From Eledone cirrhosa (Eukaryota), in NCBI GenBank assembly GCA_964016885.1, contig OZ024752.1:47058001-47122000 (forward strand): a stretch of 64,000 nt of DNA. The letters are read 5' to 3'. A model generated the notes under the pieces. That model saw only the letters and a program-made list of their open reading frames with translations. It had not been told where the DNA came from and made no database searches. The stretch's first letter is position 1. Each line of letters opens with the position of its first letter. The translations under genes were made by a program, and so were the position numbers. Below, piece after piece: positions 63,874-64,000 of the stretch.

Positions 63874-64000
63874 GATATATATATATATAGAGAGAGAAAT
63901 GGCTTCTACAGGACCAATGGTTTCTACATTTATACTCTATATATTGAGTACCTTACTTACTGTGGTTATCCCCGATTGAATCCAGGACACACACACATAT

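Overview
AT-rich, repeat-dense animal genomic DNA. The SINE, RTE-LINE and MITE content resembles an octopod cephalopod; this is an inference and was not verified. Two spliced genes converge tail-to-tail. The 3' part of an HDAC11-like deacetylase lies on + (7 exons, 9381-15248; no upstream exons recognised). ARGLU1 lies on - (4 exons, 59487-39616; first exon outside the window). Between them is a ~14.6-kb foldback palindrome (21834-36463). Each arm carries, from outside in, the same dead RTE LINE, a CpG-rich promoter-like block with a strand-specific 77-nt hairpin plus T-run and an ETS motif, a block with NRF1 motifs, and an inner modular 26/30/34-bp satellite of unequal length. The arms enclose a unique ~245-bp loop that looks like a terminal exon (acceptor, short ORF, AATAAA). 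The window also holds three satellites traceable to local transposon pieces, an 82-bp satellite, several MITE families, a non-autonomous Helitron and young chimeric SINEs. Most ORFs in the track are repeat artefacts. All coordinates were read by eye; no searches were run.
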